A stretch of DNA of 64,000 nt. It comes from Trichoplax adhaerens. Its lineage: Eukaryota > Animalia > Placozoa. The stretch is from contig NW_002060949.1 of the NCBI RefSeq assembly GCF_000150275.1, positions 5,747,535-5,811,534 on the forward strand. Reading direction: 5' to 3'. Under the pieces are notes generated by a model that saw nothing but the letters and a program-made list of their open reading frames with translations, did not search any database and was not told the DNA's origin. The position numbers were made by a program, and so were the translations under genes. Shown here one piece after another: positions 31,414-43,665 of this stretch; positions within the stretch are counted from its first letter, which is position 1, and the number at the start of each line of letters is the position of its first letter.

Positions 31414-34400
31414 TTAAATTTTACTTTTTAAAATAGACCTTAAATATTTATGATAGCTTGAGTGAACCTATATACGATATAAAAAATTTATAGATATCGT
31501 TAATCTGATAAGGCCTACAATTTTCTAAAATTGTTCAAGTATAAATAAATTAACAAATAAAATCTTACGTCAGTTTTGTTTAGAGGAGCTCGCTTTGCCC
31601 AGTTATATAAGCGATTGTAAACGTCGCCATCGTACGCGCCTAGAGCAGAATTTAACGATTGATCTGCAAAAGCGAAAGCGTCTACTAAGCCTACTAAATT
31701 CGGCCGTAATTGCTTATAACAGTACTGGATTCGTTCTCGAACGAATTCCATTTGAGTTCCGGTAACAAAGCAATCCTATTTCGTAAATAAATAAATTTAA
31801 ATTTTATGTAAGGAAGTCGTATCTTTTAAAATATGCGTACTACTAACGGAATACCTCTAAGAATTCTCCACTATTATCTGCAATTCCATTCAAAGCGAAG
31901 ACAACGCCAAGCGTTAGTAGACTTTCTTTGATCTCCTTGCTACACTTTAATTGAGCAGTCGATTGAAAGAAATTTCGTGTAACAAAATAATAACAGTGCG
32001 CCTGCAAAAAATAATAGTTTCGAAAATTCGATATTCTGTCTTAACTTAACATATAGTATAATTACGATGCGTGTAGTAATTTTATCGTCGATGTAGGTAA
32101 CTAACCTTTGCACATCGAACAAACTCTATTCCTGAACGATTCATAGCTTCCGATGTGTCTAAACCTTGAGAGATTTGACTTTCCAAGAACTGAGCAGCGC
32201 TCTTGATTGTTCTATAATTCCCCAAAATATGACATTATAATAACTGAACACGTAGTTCTAGTATTGAATAATCGTTATACCTTTGAGCTCTATGTTCAAA
32301 AGCTTCCACAAGTAAAATAGGCTTCATCAGATCTTCTGGTGATTTAACCCCCCATCGAGCGCCAGGTAAAGGTTTAATCAGAATATACGACATACTTGAA
32401 GGAGTAATACTAGGTTGTCTGAAACATTTTAGTAAGAATCGTGCAGTCTGTAGATATAAAACAGTATTCTCTCCCTCGTAAGTACACGACGGTAGCCAAT
32501 CCTTATAAATCGATACGAGGCCGGAAGCTGCTGAAAAGCCATGGCCTCCGCAAGCTCTACGACATACCTAAATTTAGGTGATTATATAATTATTATTTTT
32601 CGTTAGGCCTATATCGATTTATGAAAAGGCAATAAAATAAAACAAACGTAAAGAAGAGAAAAGATAACCTCAATGCCAGATACAGACATCTCGGCAGTGA
32701 AAGCTTTCAAGCCCGAACTTATACCATGTAGCTGTAGATTTCAATTAATTATATATTTTATTAATTAGAAGAAAATCGTCGTATTTTCTTAAATAATAAT
32801 TTATTATACCTCTTGCAAAGCGCCAAGATGGCCCGATTCAATATCAGCATGAAGAGCATGATAAGTCGACATCATGTATCTAGCAATCCAAGCGAATGCA
32901 TACGCGGTAGCGAGTTGTGGAACTAGTTTATGCTGTTGAGTTACATAATCGATTATCTGCGGCTCTAGTTCACTAAAAATGGGTAGTAATGTGTTTACAG
33001 TTAGTATAATTTTATCGTTCTCCTCAAAAGCGATATGTTACAGAGTACAGCACCCTGGTTTGGCTTCCGTTTGTCGTCGTACACAACTGTATCGGATAGC
33101 AATAGTCGCTGCTTTTGATAGATTTGTAGCTGATCCAGCTACGATAGTCGCTCTAACAAGCACCATGGCACCGTAAGCTAATCTAGGATTGGCTGGTTTC
33201 CTGTAAGTTCCGTCTGGATAAACCTATTATGTACATGAGAGGATAATATACAGTATGGTTACGCAATGGCAGGTATTCGATCATCGAAGTCTAGTACTAG
33301 ATAAGTATATAGTCGCTTAGTACTTACTTGGGCATGTCTCATTAACATATTTTCGCGTGGAATTCTAACGTTATCCATTGCTAGAAAGCCATTGTCGTTA
33401 GTTTCTAAGCCGACTTTATTTCCGATATCTCCGACTGTTACACCAGGCATTGGTGAATGATCTTTCAAGCTGCGTAATTGAACAATGAATGAATGAAGAC
33501 CATAACACTGATTTTTGATGTATAACTGGGCCATTACGACAGCATGAGTAGAGGTTTTCCCGACTGTTAAAGGAATCCATAAATTCGATATGTGAAATCA
33601 ATGATTTTAACTTAACATAGTATATCGCAATTTATTATACTCTACATAGAATCACTTATCAAATATCAACTGATCGATTTACATAATTTTGTATTAATAC
33701 TAAATTAAACAATATCCGATATCGTATATTATAATTAATTAATAAATACGTACGACATCCAGGCCACCATTTAGTAGCTGTTAAAGTCGGCGTATTTAAA
33801 ACAAACTCTTCTCTTTTAGGATCGTAAGTCGATGTCGTCTCTAAGCCACGTATAAAGGTACCTAGATTTAAACCAACGAATACATGAAATTAATAATATT
33901 CTTTGTAAAATACTCTTCTAGAGGTAAAAGATTAGCGTAATGTATAATAATAATGTTAGGTTTTACCGTGGCCCAATTCAGTCTGTGCGTAAGTACCGAT
34001 GATTTTATAGTCATTCGCTAGAGGTAGCCATTTCTTACGTTGCTCGTCAGTACCTTGATCCTAAAATTATACAGAGTAAACATACAATCAAAAAATCTAA
34101 GTCTTAGGGTGACGATTATGAAACTATATAGCAAAGTCAGCGCACAGATAATTCTAACATTGTACTAATTAGGTGTAGAAGTCGTACACAGACTTTACGA
34201 GTAAAACGGTTGTTGTATAAATTTTAGCTAAAAGATCTGTAAAATTTAGAATATAGTTGATTCCTTGACTAGATTTAAATAATTTTTACAGCAATTATAA
34301 GGTTCGATCTGACGTCAAATTATCAAAAGATTTATATTCATTCAACTATTAAATGAATAAGGCTACGGAAGGTTAGGTAATATATTATACAAAGTAATCA

Positions 34401-35132
34401 TCATAACCAATTAACCATTGACACACGTACCCTAATGGTCGGTCTAAACATAGAATTATGTAATCCAATTGGTAAACTCTCACCAATAACACTGTGCAAA
34501 GTTATTTGAAAAGAAGAGGACACGAAGAAAAGAATGTGAAATAGTTATAAATATTAAATGTAATATGAAGTAGTAAGCAATCATTAAATTGAGCAATATC
34601 CTGTATCACATTAACATAAATGTAGTGTAATTCAGATAGGTATCGCTATATATTGTATTATAGTGACAGTACTATATTCGGACTTCAAGTATACAAAACG
34701 TACAATTATAATGAATTATCACGCTATACTGACTGTAATTTAACATACTTTAAAAACTATAACATAACGATGAAAAAAATTTTCTGGCACAAATACATTT
34801 ATAACTGCCATATACAAATACAATGCTAGTTTTCTGATCAATAATTGGCACGTAAACAGGTACAAAGCTACGAAAAATATAAATTCATATCATATTATGC
34901 TATTTAATGACTATGTTAAGTTATGTACTTTAACATGATCTTGTAGTCCTGAGGGTTTTCAATGTTATGCTCTTTAAGTACTTCAGACAATCTTTTAGAT
35001 TTCATCACACCATTACTGTATTTCTCTTCTCTGGATAAGAAATGGGAATCTTTATTGCCGAAGATAGGGTCATTCAGTATGATGGATTCTGCAAAAAGAA
35101 ATGTATGGGCTTAACTGTCTGCCTGTTTATTA

Positions 35133-35165
<33 letters not shown>

Positions 35166-36411
35166 TAATTATTAACAAGAAAGCAACAAGTATACGAAAT
35201 TGTGAATCGGTAGTAATTAAATTAAAGTACAAATAACAGAAGCAAAGTATTAAAAGAAAACATTATGCTCTGGTCATGGACTACTAGATGCACCAATATA
35301 ATTTAGTAGCTCATGCTCTAGCGTAGGATACTATAGTTTCGTCTTCCATAAAATGCTCCAGATAAACTATTTCCACAATTTACAAATTTAATGAATACGA
35401 TTTATGCAGTCGTTATAATAATCTACTTTAGTACATACCAGTACTGACAGTATGATTATATTGCGTCTGTAGAACATGCTACAATTCAATTTATACGCGT
35501 AAATATCCAATCCTGTATTTTAGCATATATCCGTTTGTGATACTGTAATAAGTAAGTTATACTCCAAACGTATAACTCGATACAAAATCATATTAAACAG
35601 ATAGGAAACTTAATGGATAATAACTAATTATAAATATCAATTCTAATGTCATACATCACTATTAATACTGATATCGCTGTCTGTAACGGTCTATTAACTA
35701 ATTTTGTCTATGTAAACATCAATATGGCCATCATGTCTAGAAGCTTCCATGAACATTCTAACTGTAGACCTAGAAAAAATAGAACTAATAAATCTTCCTT
35801 TTTTCTATCCCCACAATCAAACAGGGAAATACCGTACACAAGATGTTACTAAGGAAAGAAAGTTTTCTTCCTTTGCCTAAACTTGTGGTACTACTGTACT
35901 ATGGAAGAAAATTTGGAAAATGAACAGGAGATTTTGGCATTTCGGCCAGATTAACCAGATTAAATACATTTGATATCGAAATATACAAAGCAAGTATAGA
36001 ATCATATTGAGGAGGAAGTGACACAAGTTGTAACAGCTGCAGTTAGTACCGCAGCTAGAAATTAGGAGAAAAAGAAATAAATAAGCTTGCTCCTAAAATT
36101 GGTGATAACACACTACGCGTATGTCGGTGAAATGGCAAGACAGTATAAGAATATTATCATCTAAACCTAACAAGGCATGAAATCTCTTATATAGCTGCAC
36201 AAATGCGAGTCTGTAAATCATTTCAAACTTCGAATGGATTCCTAACTGCATATCATTCAATTTCTACAATGTACGCGTATTGTATAAACCAACCCAGATA
36301 TCGACGTCTTTCAGTCTTTTCACGTCCTCCATTAATGATATCAGTTAATTCTGCAACGATAAAAGTGCATTTTCTTCTCTCTCTGTCTAAATCGCTGCTA
36401 GGAGACGCCAT
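31414..36411 (-). CDS. ACOX1: Peroxisomal acyl-CoA oxidase, tandem copy B
   Basis: Same exon structure as copy A (offset 9648 bp in the core); TYEGEN intact; ends [10 protein letters not shown]. Confidence 0.92.
35265..35319. mobile_element. Degenerate palindromic mini-element (CATGGACTACTA...TAGTAGCTCATG) in ACOX-B intron 1
   Basis: Same terminal motif as the element at 41791; flanked by the direct repeat atgctct (35265-35271, 35313-35319). Confidence 0.5.
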
Positions 36412-36719
36412 GCTTGTGCTGCACTGGTGCAACTGAGTATGATAATATTCTAGCGAGTGGTATACTGTGTGATGACATACTCAGTTACGGTATATTTGGT
36501 CAATAGTTTTATTATCAAGTAAATGCGGTGACGGAAAATGCTCGTACTAAAGTCGAATCAATTAAATAAATAAATACAAATACAGGACAGCGATCCTTCC
36601 TGACGAGTGGAGCAATTCTTGGGATTAAGTGGAGCTACACTTTGATGAGCAAATGCTCAATAGTTCAACAATATACATATACTATCGTGTCGTAACAGTT
36701 TCTGCTTTACTTTCTTCGA

Positions 36720-37310
36720 ATCCCTCGACATTAACGATATTATTGACATTACGGCTTGATGATAATTCCTACTGGACCTGATGTAACTCGCGATAGCAAC
36801 ATATAATTGGCCGTGAGCAAGGATTGGAGTTAGCAAATAAAGTCCAACTCTGCCAAAGCTTTGACACTAGGATTTGTTGATTGTAATAGTGAATGCTAAT
36901 CGAATCAGTAATTGTAGCCGTAAAAAATGAAACAGTAATAAGTAATCACTGGGTTTTAACTTCATTCGTAGCAAGATAACTGTTCTACCATGATGTACTC
37001 TCTCGGCAACAACCACTCCTTGAATCATAAACTGATACATGCTGTTCTTTTCAATCGCGCCGTTCAGAACAGCACATGTTTTATCTAAATTCTCCAACAC
37101 CATACTTAATAATTTTCAGCCGTAGCTTATGCGGTGATATGGCCCGAAAGTTCAAGGAGTTCAGATATTCACACAGAATTCTATTTTCTACGCTTCCTTT
37201 GTCGGCACCATTGATGCTTGTATGCTCATGAATGTCACTAGGAATTTGTGAATCGATTTCGTTATTTATATTTTAGGTCTTCTACTTCTTCAATACAATC
37301 ACCAGGGTAT
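36720..37310 (-). mobile_element. Decayed Helitron-type Pif1 helicase fragment (C-terminal part of RepHel)
   Basis: Across frameshifts: INNEIDSQIPSD...EYLNSLNFRAISPHKLRLK / MVLENLD...NG...LRMKLKPSD...IRLAFTITINKS*CQSFGRVGLYL.TPILAHGQLYVA / SRVTS...NIV, matching the Helitron consensus EFLNSL..SG.PPH.L.LK, MLLRNL, RLAFAMTINKSQGQ, FSHGQLYVALSRV. Confidence 0.85.
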
Positions 37311-37360
37311 TTATATGAATAGTGGACTTCCGTTAAAAATTTTGGCCATTATAATTGATT

Positions 37361-38235
37361 GAAGAACTAAACCAGTGCTAAAATTGACTCGCTATCATAA
37401 TCGTATTATAGTACATACAACTGACTTAAGTATAAAATACTATTGCGTCACAAGGTCTAAAATGGAACAAGCCAGCATTGTTTTAATGCTATTTGACCGC
37501 AATATAATCATCTATTGCTTTAGGATAGCACCTTAAGCATATGGCAAAAAATGTCAATTTGTTCATGGATATTCCCATCCAAATTCTGGATCTCGCATAC
37601 CGAAAGATAGATTTCCATCGTTTCCTATCATTTTTAACTTTTCAGAGACTCGATGTAAGCCTGTTAGATAACTTCTGATTTACTATATACGCATAAATGT
37701 ACATATATGCAGCTCAATTCGATCATTTCATAAGTTTTCGATTTGCTCGTCACTCATAATTGCATAACTCTAGGTTACCAAATGTAGTTACTATAGTGAC
37801 ATTTTCAGTATGCGGCCAAACTACACTGATAAGTTAACAAATTTGGACACTAACTTTTTACTTAATAGTAAGGTAAGAAGATTACTAAAGTTATAATATC
37901 TACTATCTCTATTGAACTAGTCCCTTGTCTCTATTTAATGAAACTGTTATCATTTTCTAACACGAAACTAAATGGCTATAACTGACGACTATTATCAGAT
38001 ATATATCATGTATCGAGCCGCGATATTATTTAGTTGTCGTTTTCGAACATGATTGAAAAAAATGGCTATAATTTCTAATTTTATGTCAGGTGAAGATACC
38101 ATAAAATGTCTCTTACATCTTGCATTAAACAAGTATTATATTTATACTAATATTGATGGATTCAAATTCGTCTGAACATAAGATACTGTTCCCAGGAAAA
38201 CTATCAAAGACAGTTTCGTGCTTTAAATGTGTTTG
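37361..38235 (+). pseudogene. KICS2 pseudogene with a ~3.1-kb internal deletion
   Basis: 37361-37525 matches KICS2 intron 1 (~27068-27230), then jumps to mid-exon 10 (aaaatgtcaattt, ~37547 versus ~30366); exons 10-13 are recognisable with indels, and the exon-12 acceptor is mutated (ctag>ctaa). Confidence 0.85.
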
Positions 38236-38538
38236 GTTAATTCTTCTACCACTTGACAATATGTGGAGAATATAGATTTATAGCAATCAGGAATTATTTT
38301 GCATATACTAATCAATCCGATATGACAGCCAGAAATTGGAAAGTTTTCAAATTTTATTTAACCGTATACTCGTACATGTATGTATTTTAAAAAGAGTAAA
38401 AGGTCATATGCAAGAGCTGGCCATCAATAATATAATTAGATTAGTGAATCTTATAGGTTTAAAATAAAGTTCATGTAATGTAAATTAACTTATAAAGCTT
38501 TCATGCAATAGATGTCTTAAAAAAAAGTAACATACCAA

Positions 38539-41500
38539 TTAAATTTTACTTTTTAAAATAGGCTTTAAATATTTATGATAGCTTGAGTGAACCTATATAC
38601 GATATAAAAAATTTATAGATATCGTTAATCTGATAAGGCCTACAATTTTCTAAAATTGTTCAAGTATAAATAAATTAACAAATAAAATCTTACGTCAGTT
38701 TTGTTGAGAGGAGCTCGCTTTGCCCAGTTATATAAGCGATTGTAAACGTCGCCATCGTACGCGCCTAGAGCAGAATTTAACGATTGATCTGCAAAAGCGA
38801 AAGCGTCTACTAAGCCTACTAAATTCGGCCGTAATTGCTTATAACAGTACTGGATTCGTTCTCGAACGAATTCCATTTGAGTTCCGGTAACAAAGCCATC
38901 CTATTTCGTAAATAAATAAATTTAAATTTTATGTAAGGAAGTCGTATCTTTTAAAATATGCGTACTACTAACGGAATACCTCTAAGAATTCTCCACTATT
39001 ATCTGCAATTCCATTCAAAGCGAAGACAACGCCAAGCGTTAGTAGACTTTCTTTGATCTCCTTGCTACACTTTAATAGAGCAGTCGATTGAAAGAAATTT
39101 CGTGTAACAAAATAATAACAGTGCGCCTGCAAAAAATAATAGTTTCGAAAATTCGATATTCTGTCTTAACTTAACATATAGTATAATTACGATGCGTGTA
39201 GTAATTTTATCGTCGATGTAGGTAACTAACCTTTGCACATCGAACAAACTCTATTCCTGAACGATTCATAGCTTCCGATGTGTCTAAACCTTGAGAGATT
39301 TGACTTTCCAAGAACTGAGCAGCGCTCTTGATTGTTCTATAATTCCCCAAAATATGACATTATAATAACTGAACACGTAGTTCTAGTATTGAATAATCGT
39401 TATACCTTTGAGCTCTATGTTCAAAAGCTTCCACAAGTAAAATAGGCTTCATCAGATCTTCTGGCGATTTAACCCCCCATCGAGCGCCAGGTAAAGGTTT
39501 AATCAGAATATACGACATACTTGAAGGAGTAACACTAGGTTGTCTGAAACATTTTAGTAAGAATCGTGCAGTCTGTAGATATAAAACAGTATTCTCTCCC
39601 TCGTAAGTACACGACGGTAGCCAATCCTTATAAATCGATACAAGGCCGGAAGCTGCTGAAAAGCCATGGCCTCCGCAAGCTCTACGACATACCTAAATTT
39701 AGGTGATTATATAATTATTATTTTTCGTTAGGCCTATATCGATTTATGAAAAGGCAATAAAATAAAACAAACGTAAAGAAGAGAAAAGATAACCTCAATG
39801 CCAGATACAGACATCTCGGCAGTGAAAGCTTTCAAGCCCGAACTTATACCATGTAGCTGTAGATTTCAATTAATTATATATTTTATTAATTAGAAGAAAA
39901 TCGTCGTATTTTCTTAAATAATAATTTATTATACCTCTTGCAAAGCGCCAAGATGGCCCGATTCAATATCAGCATGAAGAGCATGATAAGTCGACATCAT
40001 GTATCTAGCAATCCAAGCGAATGCATACGCGGTAGCGAGTTGTGGAACTAGTTTATGCTGTTGAGTTACATAATCGATTATCTGCGGCTCTAGTTCACTA
40101 AAAATGGGTAGTAATGTGTTTATAGTTAGTATAATTTTATCGTTCTCCTCAAAAGCGATATGTTACAGAGTACAGCACCCTGGTTTGGCTTCCGTTTGTC
40201 GTCGTACACAACTGTATCGGATAGCAATAGTCGCTGCTTTTGATAGATTTGTAGCTGATCCAGCTACGATAGTCGCTCTAACAAGCACCATGGCACCGTA
40301 AGCTAATCTAGGATTGGCTGGTTTCCTGTAAGTTCCGTCTGGATAAACCTATTATGTACATGAGAGGATAATATACAGTATGGTTACGCAATGGCAGGTA
40401 TTCGATCATCGAAGTCTAGTACTAGATAAGTATATAGTCGCTTAGTACTTACTTGGGCATGTCTCATTAACATATTTTCGCGTGGAATTCTAACGTTATC
40501 CATTGCTAGAAAGCCATTGTCGTTAGTGTCATAGCCGACTTTATTTCCGATATCTCCGACTGTTACACCAGGCATTGGTGAATGATCTTTCAAGCTGCGT
40601 AATTGAATAATGAATGAATGTAAGCCATAACACTGATTTTTGATGTATAACTGGGCCATTACGACAGCATGAGTAGAGGTTTTCCCGACTGTTAAAGGAA
40701 TCCATAAATTCGATATGTGAAATCAATGATTTAACTTAACATAGCATATCGCAGTTTATTATACTCTACATAGAATCAGTTATCAAATATCAACTGATCG
40801 ATTTACATAATTTTGTATTAATACTAAATTAAACAATATCCGATATCGTATATTATAATTAATTAATAAATACGTACGACATCCAGGCCACCATTTAGTA
40901 GCTGTTAAAGTCGGCGTATTTAAAACAAACTCTTCTCTTTTAGGATCGTAAGTCGATGTCGTCTCTAAGCCACGTATAAAGGTACCTAGATTTAAACCAA
41001 CGAATACATGAAATTAATAATATTCTTTGTAAAATAATCTTCTAGAGGTAAAAGATTAGCGTAACGTATAATAATAATTTTAGGTTTTACCGTGGCCCAT
41101 TTCAGTCTGTGCGTAAGTACCGATGATTTTATAGTCATTCGCTAGAGGTAGCCATTTCTTACGTTGCTCGTCAGTACCTTGATCCTAAAATTATACAGAG
41201 TAAACATACAATCAAAAAATCTAAGTCTTAGGATGACGATTTATGAAGCTATATAACGAAATTAGCGTATAGATAATTCTAACATTGTACTAAATAGGTG
41301 TGATAGTCGTACACAGACTTTACGAGTAAAACGGTTGTTGTATAAATTTTAGCTAAAAGATCTGTAAAATTTAGAATATAGTTGATTCCTTGACTAGATT
41401 TTAATGATTTTATAGTAATCATAAGAATCGATCTGACGTCAAGTTGTACAAGAGATTATATAAATTATATACACTCAACTAAAAGTGTAACGCCATCGAA

Positions 41501-43665
41501 GGTTAGGAAATACATTATATAAAATAATCATGATGACCATTGACACACGTACCCTAATGGTTGGTTTAAACATAGAATTGTGCAATGCAATTGGCAGGTT
41601 CTCGTTGATAACACTGTGCAATGCAAGTTATTTTAAAGAGAAAAGGACACGAAGAAAAGAGTGTGAAATAGTTATAAATATTAAATTTAATATGAAGTAC
41701 TAAGCAATTAATAAATTGAGCAATATCCTACATCATGTTAACATCAAAGTAGTGTAATTCGACATATATTATAATTATCAGCCTATACTGTACCATGGAC
41801 TACTAGAAGAGGTTCTCTTCTAGTAGTCCATGCCTTTACTGACTGTAATTTAATATACTGCACTTTATGAAGTATAGCAATATGATTAATAAAATATACT
41901 AACACAAATACAGTTACAACTGTCCTATAGTATGCTAGTTGCCTCATCAACAATTAGGATACCAACAAGTATAAAAGCTACGAAAAATACAAATTTATGT
42001 TAGTATATGCTATTTAATGACCAAGTTAAGCTATGTACCCTAGTAAGATCTGGTACTCCTGAGGGTTTTCAATATTATGCTCTTTAAGTACTTCAACCAA
42101 TTTGACAGCTTTCTTCACAGCATCACTGTACTTCTCTTCTCTGGATAGGAAATAGTAATCTTCATTGCTGAAGATGGGCTCCTTCATAACGAGGGATTCT
42201 GCAAAGAGAAATGTAAGAGCTTAATTATCTACTTATTCCTTCTTAATTAACAGAAAGCAACAGGTATGCGACGTTGAGAATCGGTAATAATCAGGATTTC
42301 ATGAAATGCTCCAGATAAGCTATTTCCACGATTTACAAATTACAAAGAAATGATGTAAAGCTTTTCGTGAAAATAGACTGGCTCCTAGTATATATCCGTT
42401 ATCATGTGCCTAAATCTGTTTCATGGATACGATTTATACAGTCGTTATAATAATCTATTTTACTGGATACTGGCATTGTGATTATATCTGTTGAACATGC
42501 TGCAATTCAATTTGTACGCGTAAATATTCAGTCCTGTATTTTAGCAAGTATCTGATTGTGATAGCGTAATAAATAAGTTCTACACTAAACAGGTAGGAAA
42601 CTCAATGGATGATAAATAAATATCAATTATGGGGTCCTACACTACTGCACTATTGATGAACACTGAGATCTGTAATACGATCGAGATACGGTGATATAAC
42701 ATTATTCATTCAGTAGATATGCGCTTCAGGAACATTTTTGAAATTTGATCATGACAATATAAAAGAAGGATATCATTTTTAGACATCGAAATGGTAAAAA
42801 TACGTCTATAGCTGATAAAGGATCGATTTAACTTAATAGAGACATATTGCTATCTGCAACTGTCTATTGAATAATTTGTCCATATAAATATCAACATGAC
42901 CATCATGTCGAGAGCTTTGATGAACATTGTATAGTGTACTGTACAACACGGTATACAATAATAAGCGCATCCACTCTAATAGCCAGCGCCCATAGAAATG
43001 AAAAAGGAACTAATTAATCTTGAATTTTTTTCTATTCCCACGATCAAACAGGGAAATACAGTACAGTAGTCAAAATAATGTGTTGTGACGGAAGAGAATT
43101 TTCTTCCTCTGCTTCTATCTGTGGCACTACGTTACTGTGGAAGAAAATTTGGAGATGAGCGTGAGATTTTTTTCGGCAAGAGTACATACTGTACAGTAAA
43201 GTAATGAGTAAGTGAATACGTGTGATGCAGTGAATCCATGATAGAATCATACTGAGTACAGAAGAACTGACCAGGTGACAGTAGGCTCTACCTCCATAGC
43301 CGTCGAAAGGTGTGACTACAAGGCAGTATAACAATATTATCCTCGAAATCGAATAAGGTAAGAAATGTCGATGGAGATGCATTACTATACTAAGCAATTG
43401 GGAATACTGCATTTACAATAAGGTACAGTAGAGTCTGGATTCAACGCCTCGCCGCAACAATGTGGGAGTTGTGCAAAATCAATCCAAATTTGATATGGAT
43501 GGCAAATCATTCAAGTTGTACAATGTACGTGTATTGTATAAACCAACCCAGATATCGGCGTCTTTCGGTTTTTTTCCGTCCTCCATTAACGATATCCGTT
43601 AGTTCTGCAACGTTAAAAGTGCATTTTCTTCTCTCGCGGTCTAGATCGCTGCTAGGAGACGCCAT
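38539..43665 (-). CDS. ACOX1: Peroxisomal acyl-CoA oxidase, tandem copy C
   Basis: Same exon structure (offset 7125 bp from copy B in the core); [23 protein letters not shown], ends [10 protein letters not shown]. Confidence 0.92.
41791..41832. mobile_element. 41-bp palindromic insertion with ~10-bp target-site duplication in ACOX-C intron 2
   Basis: Perfect 18-bp stem CATGGACTACTAGAAGAG-GTT-CTCTTCTAGTAGTCCATG; flanks gcctatactg (41781-41790) and gcctttactg (41832-41841); empty site in ACOX-A at 24985-24994. Confidence 0.75.
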
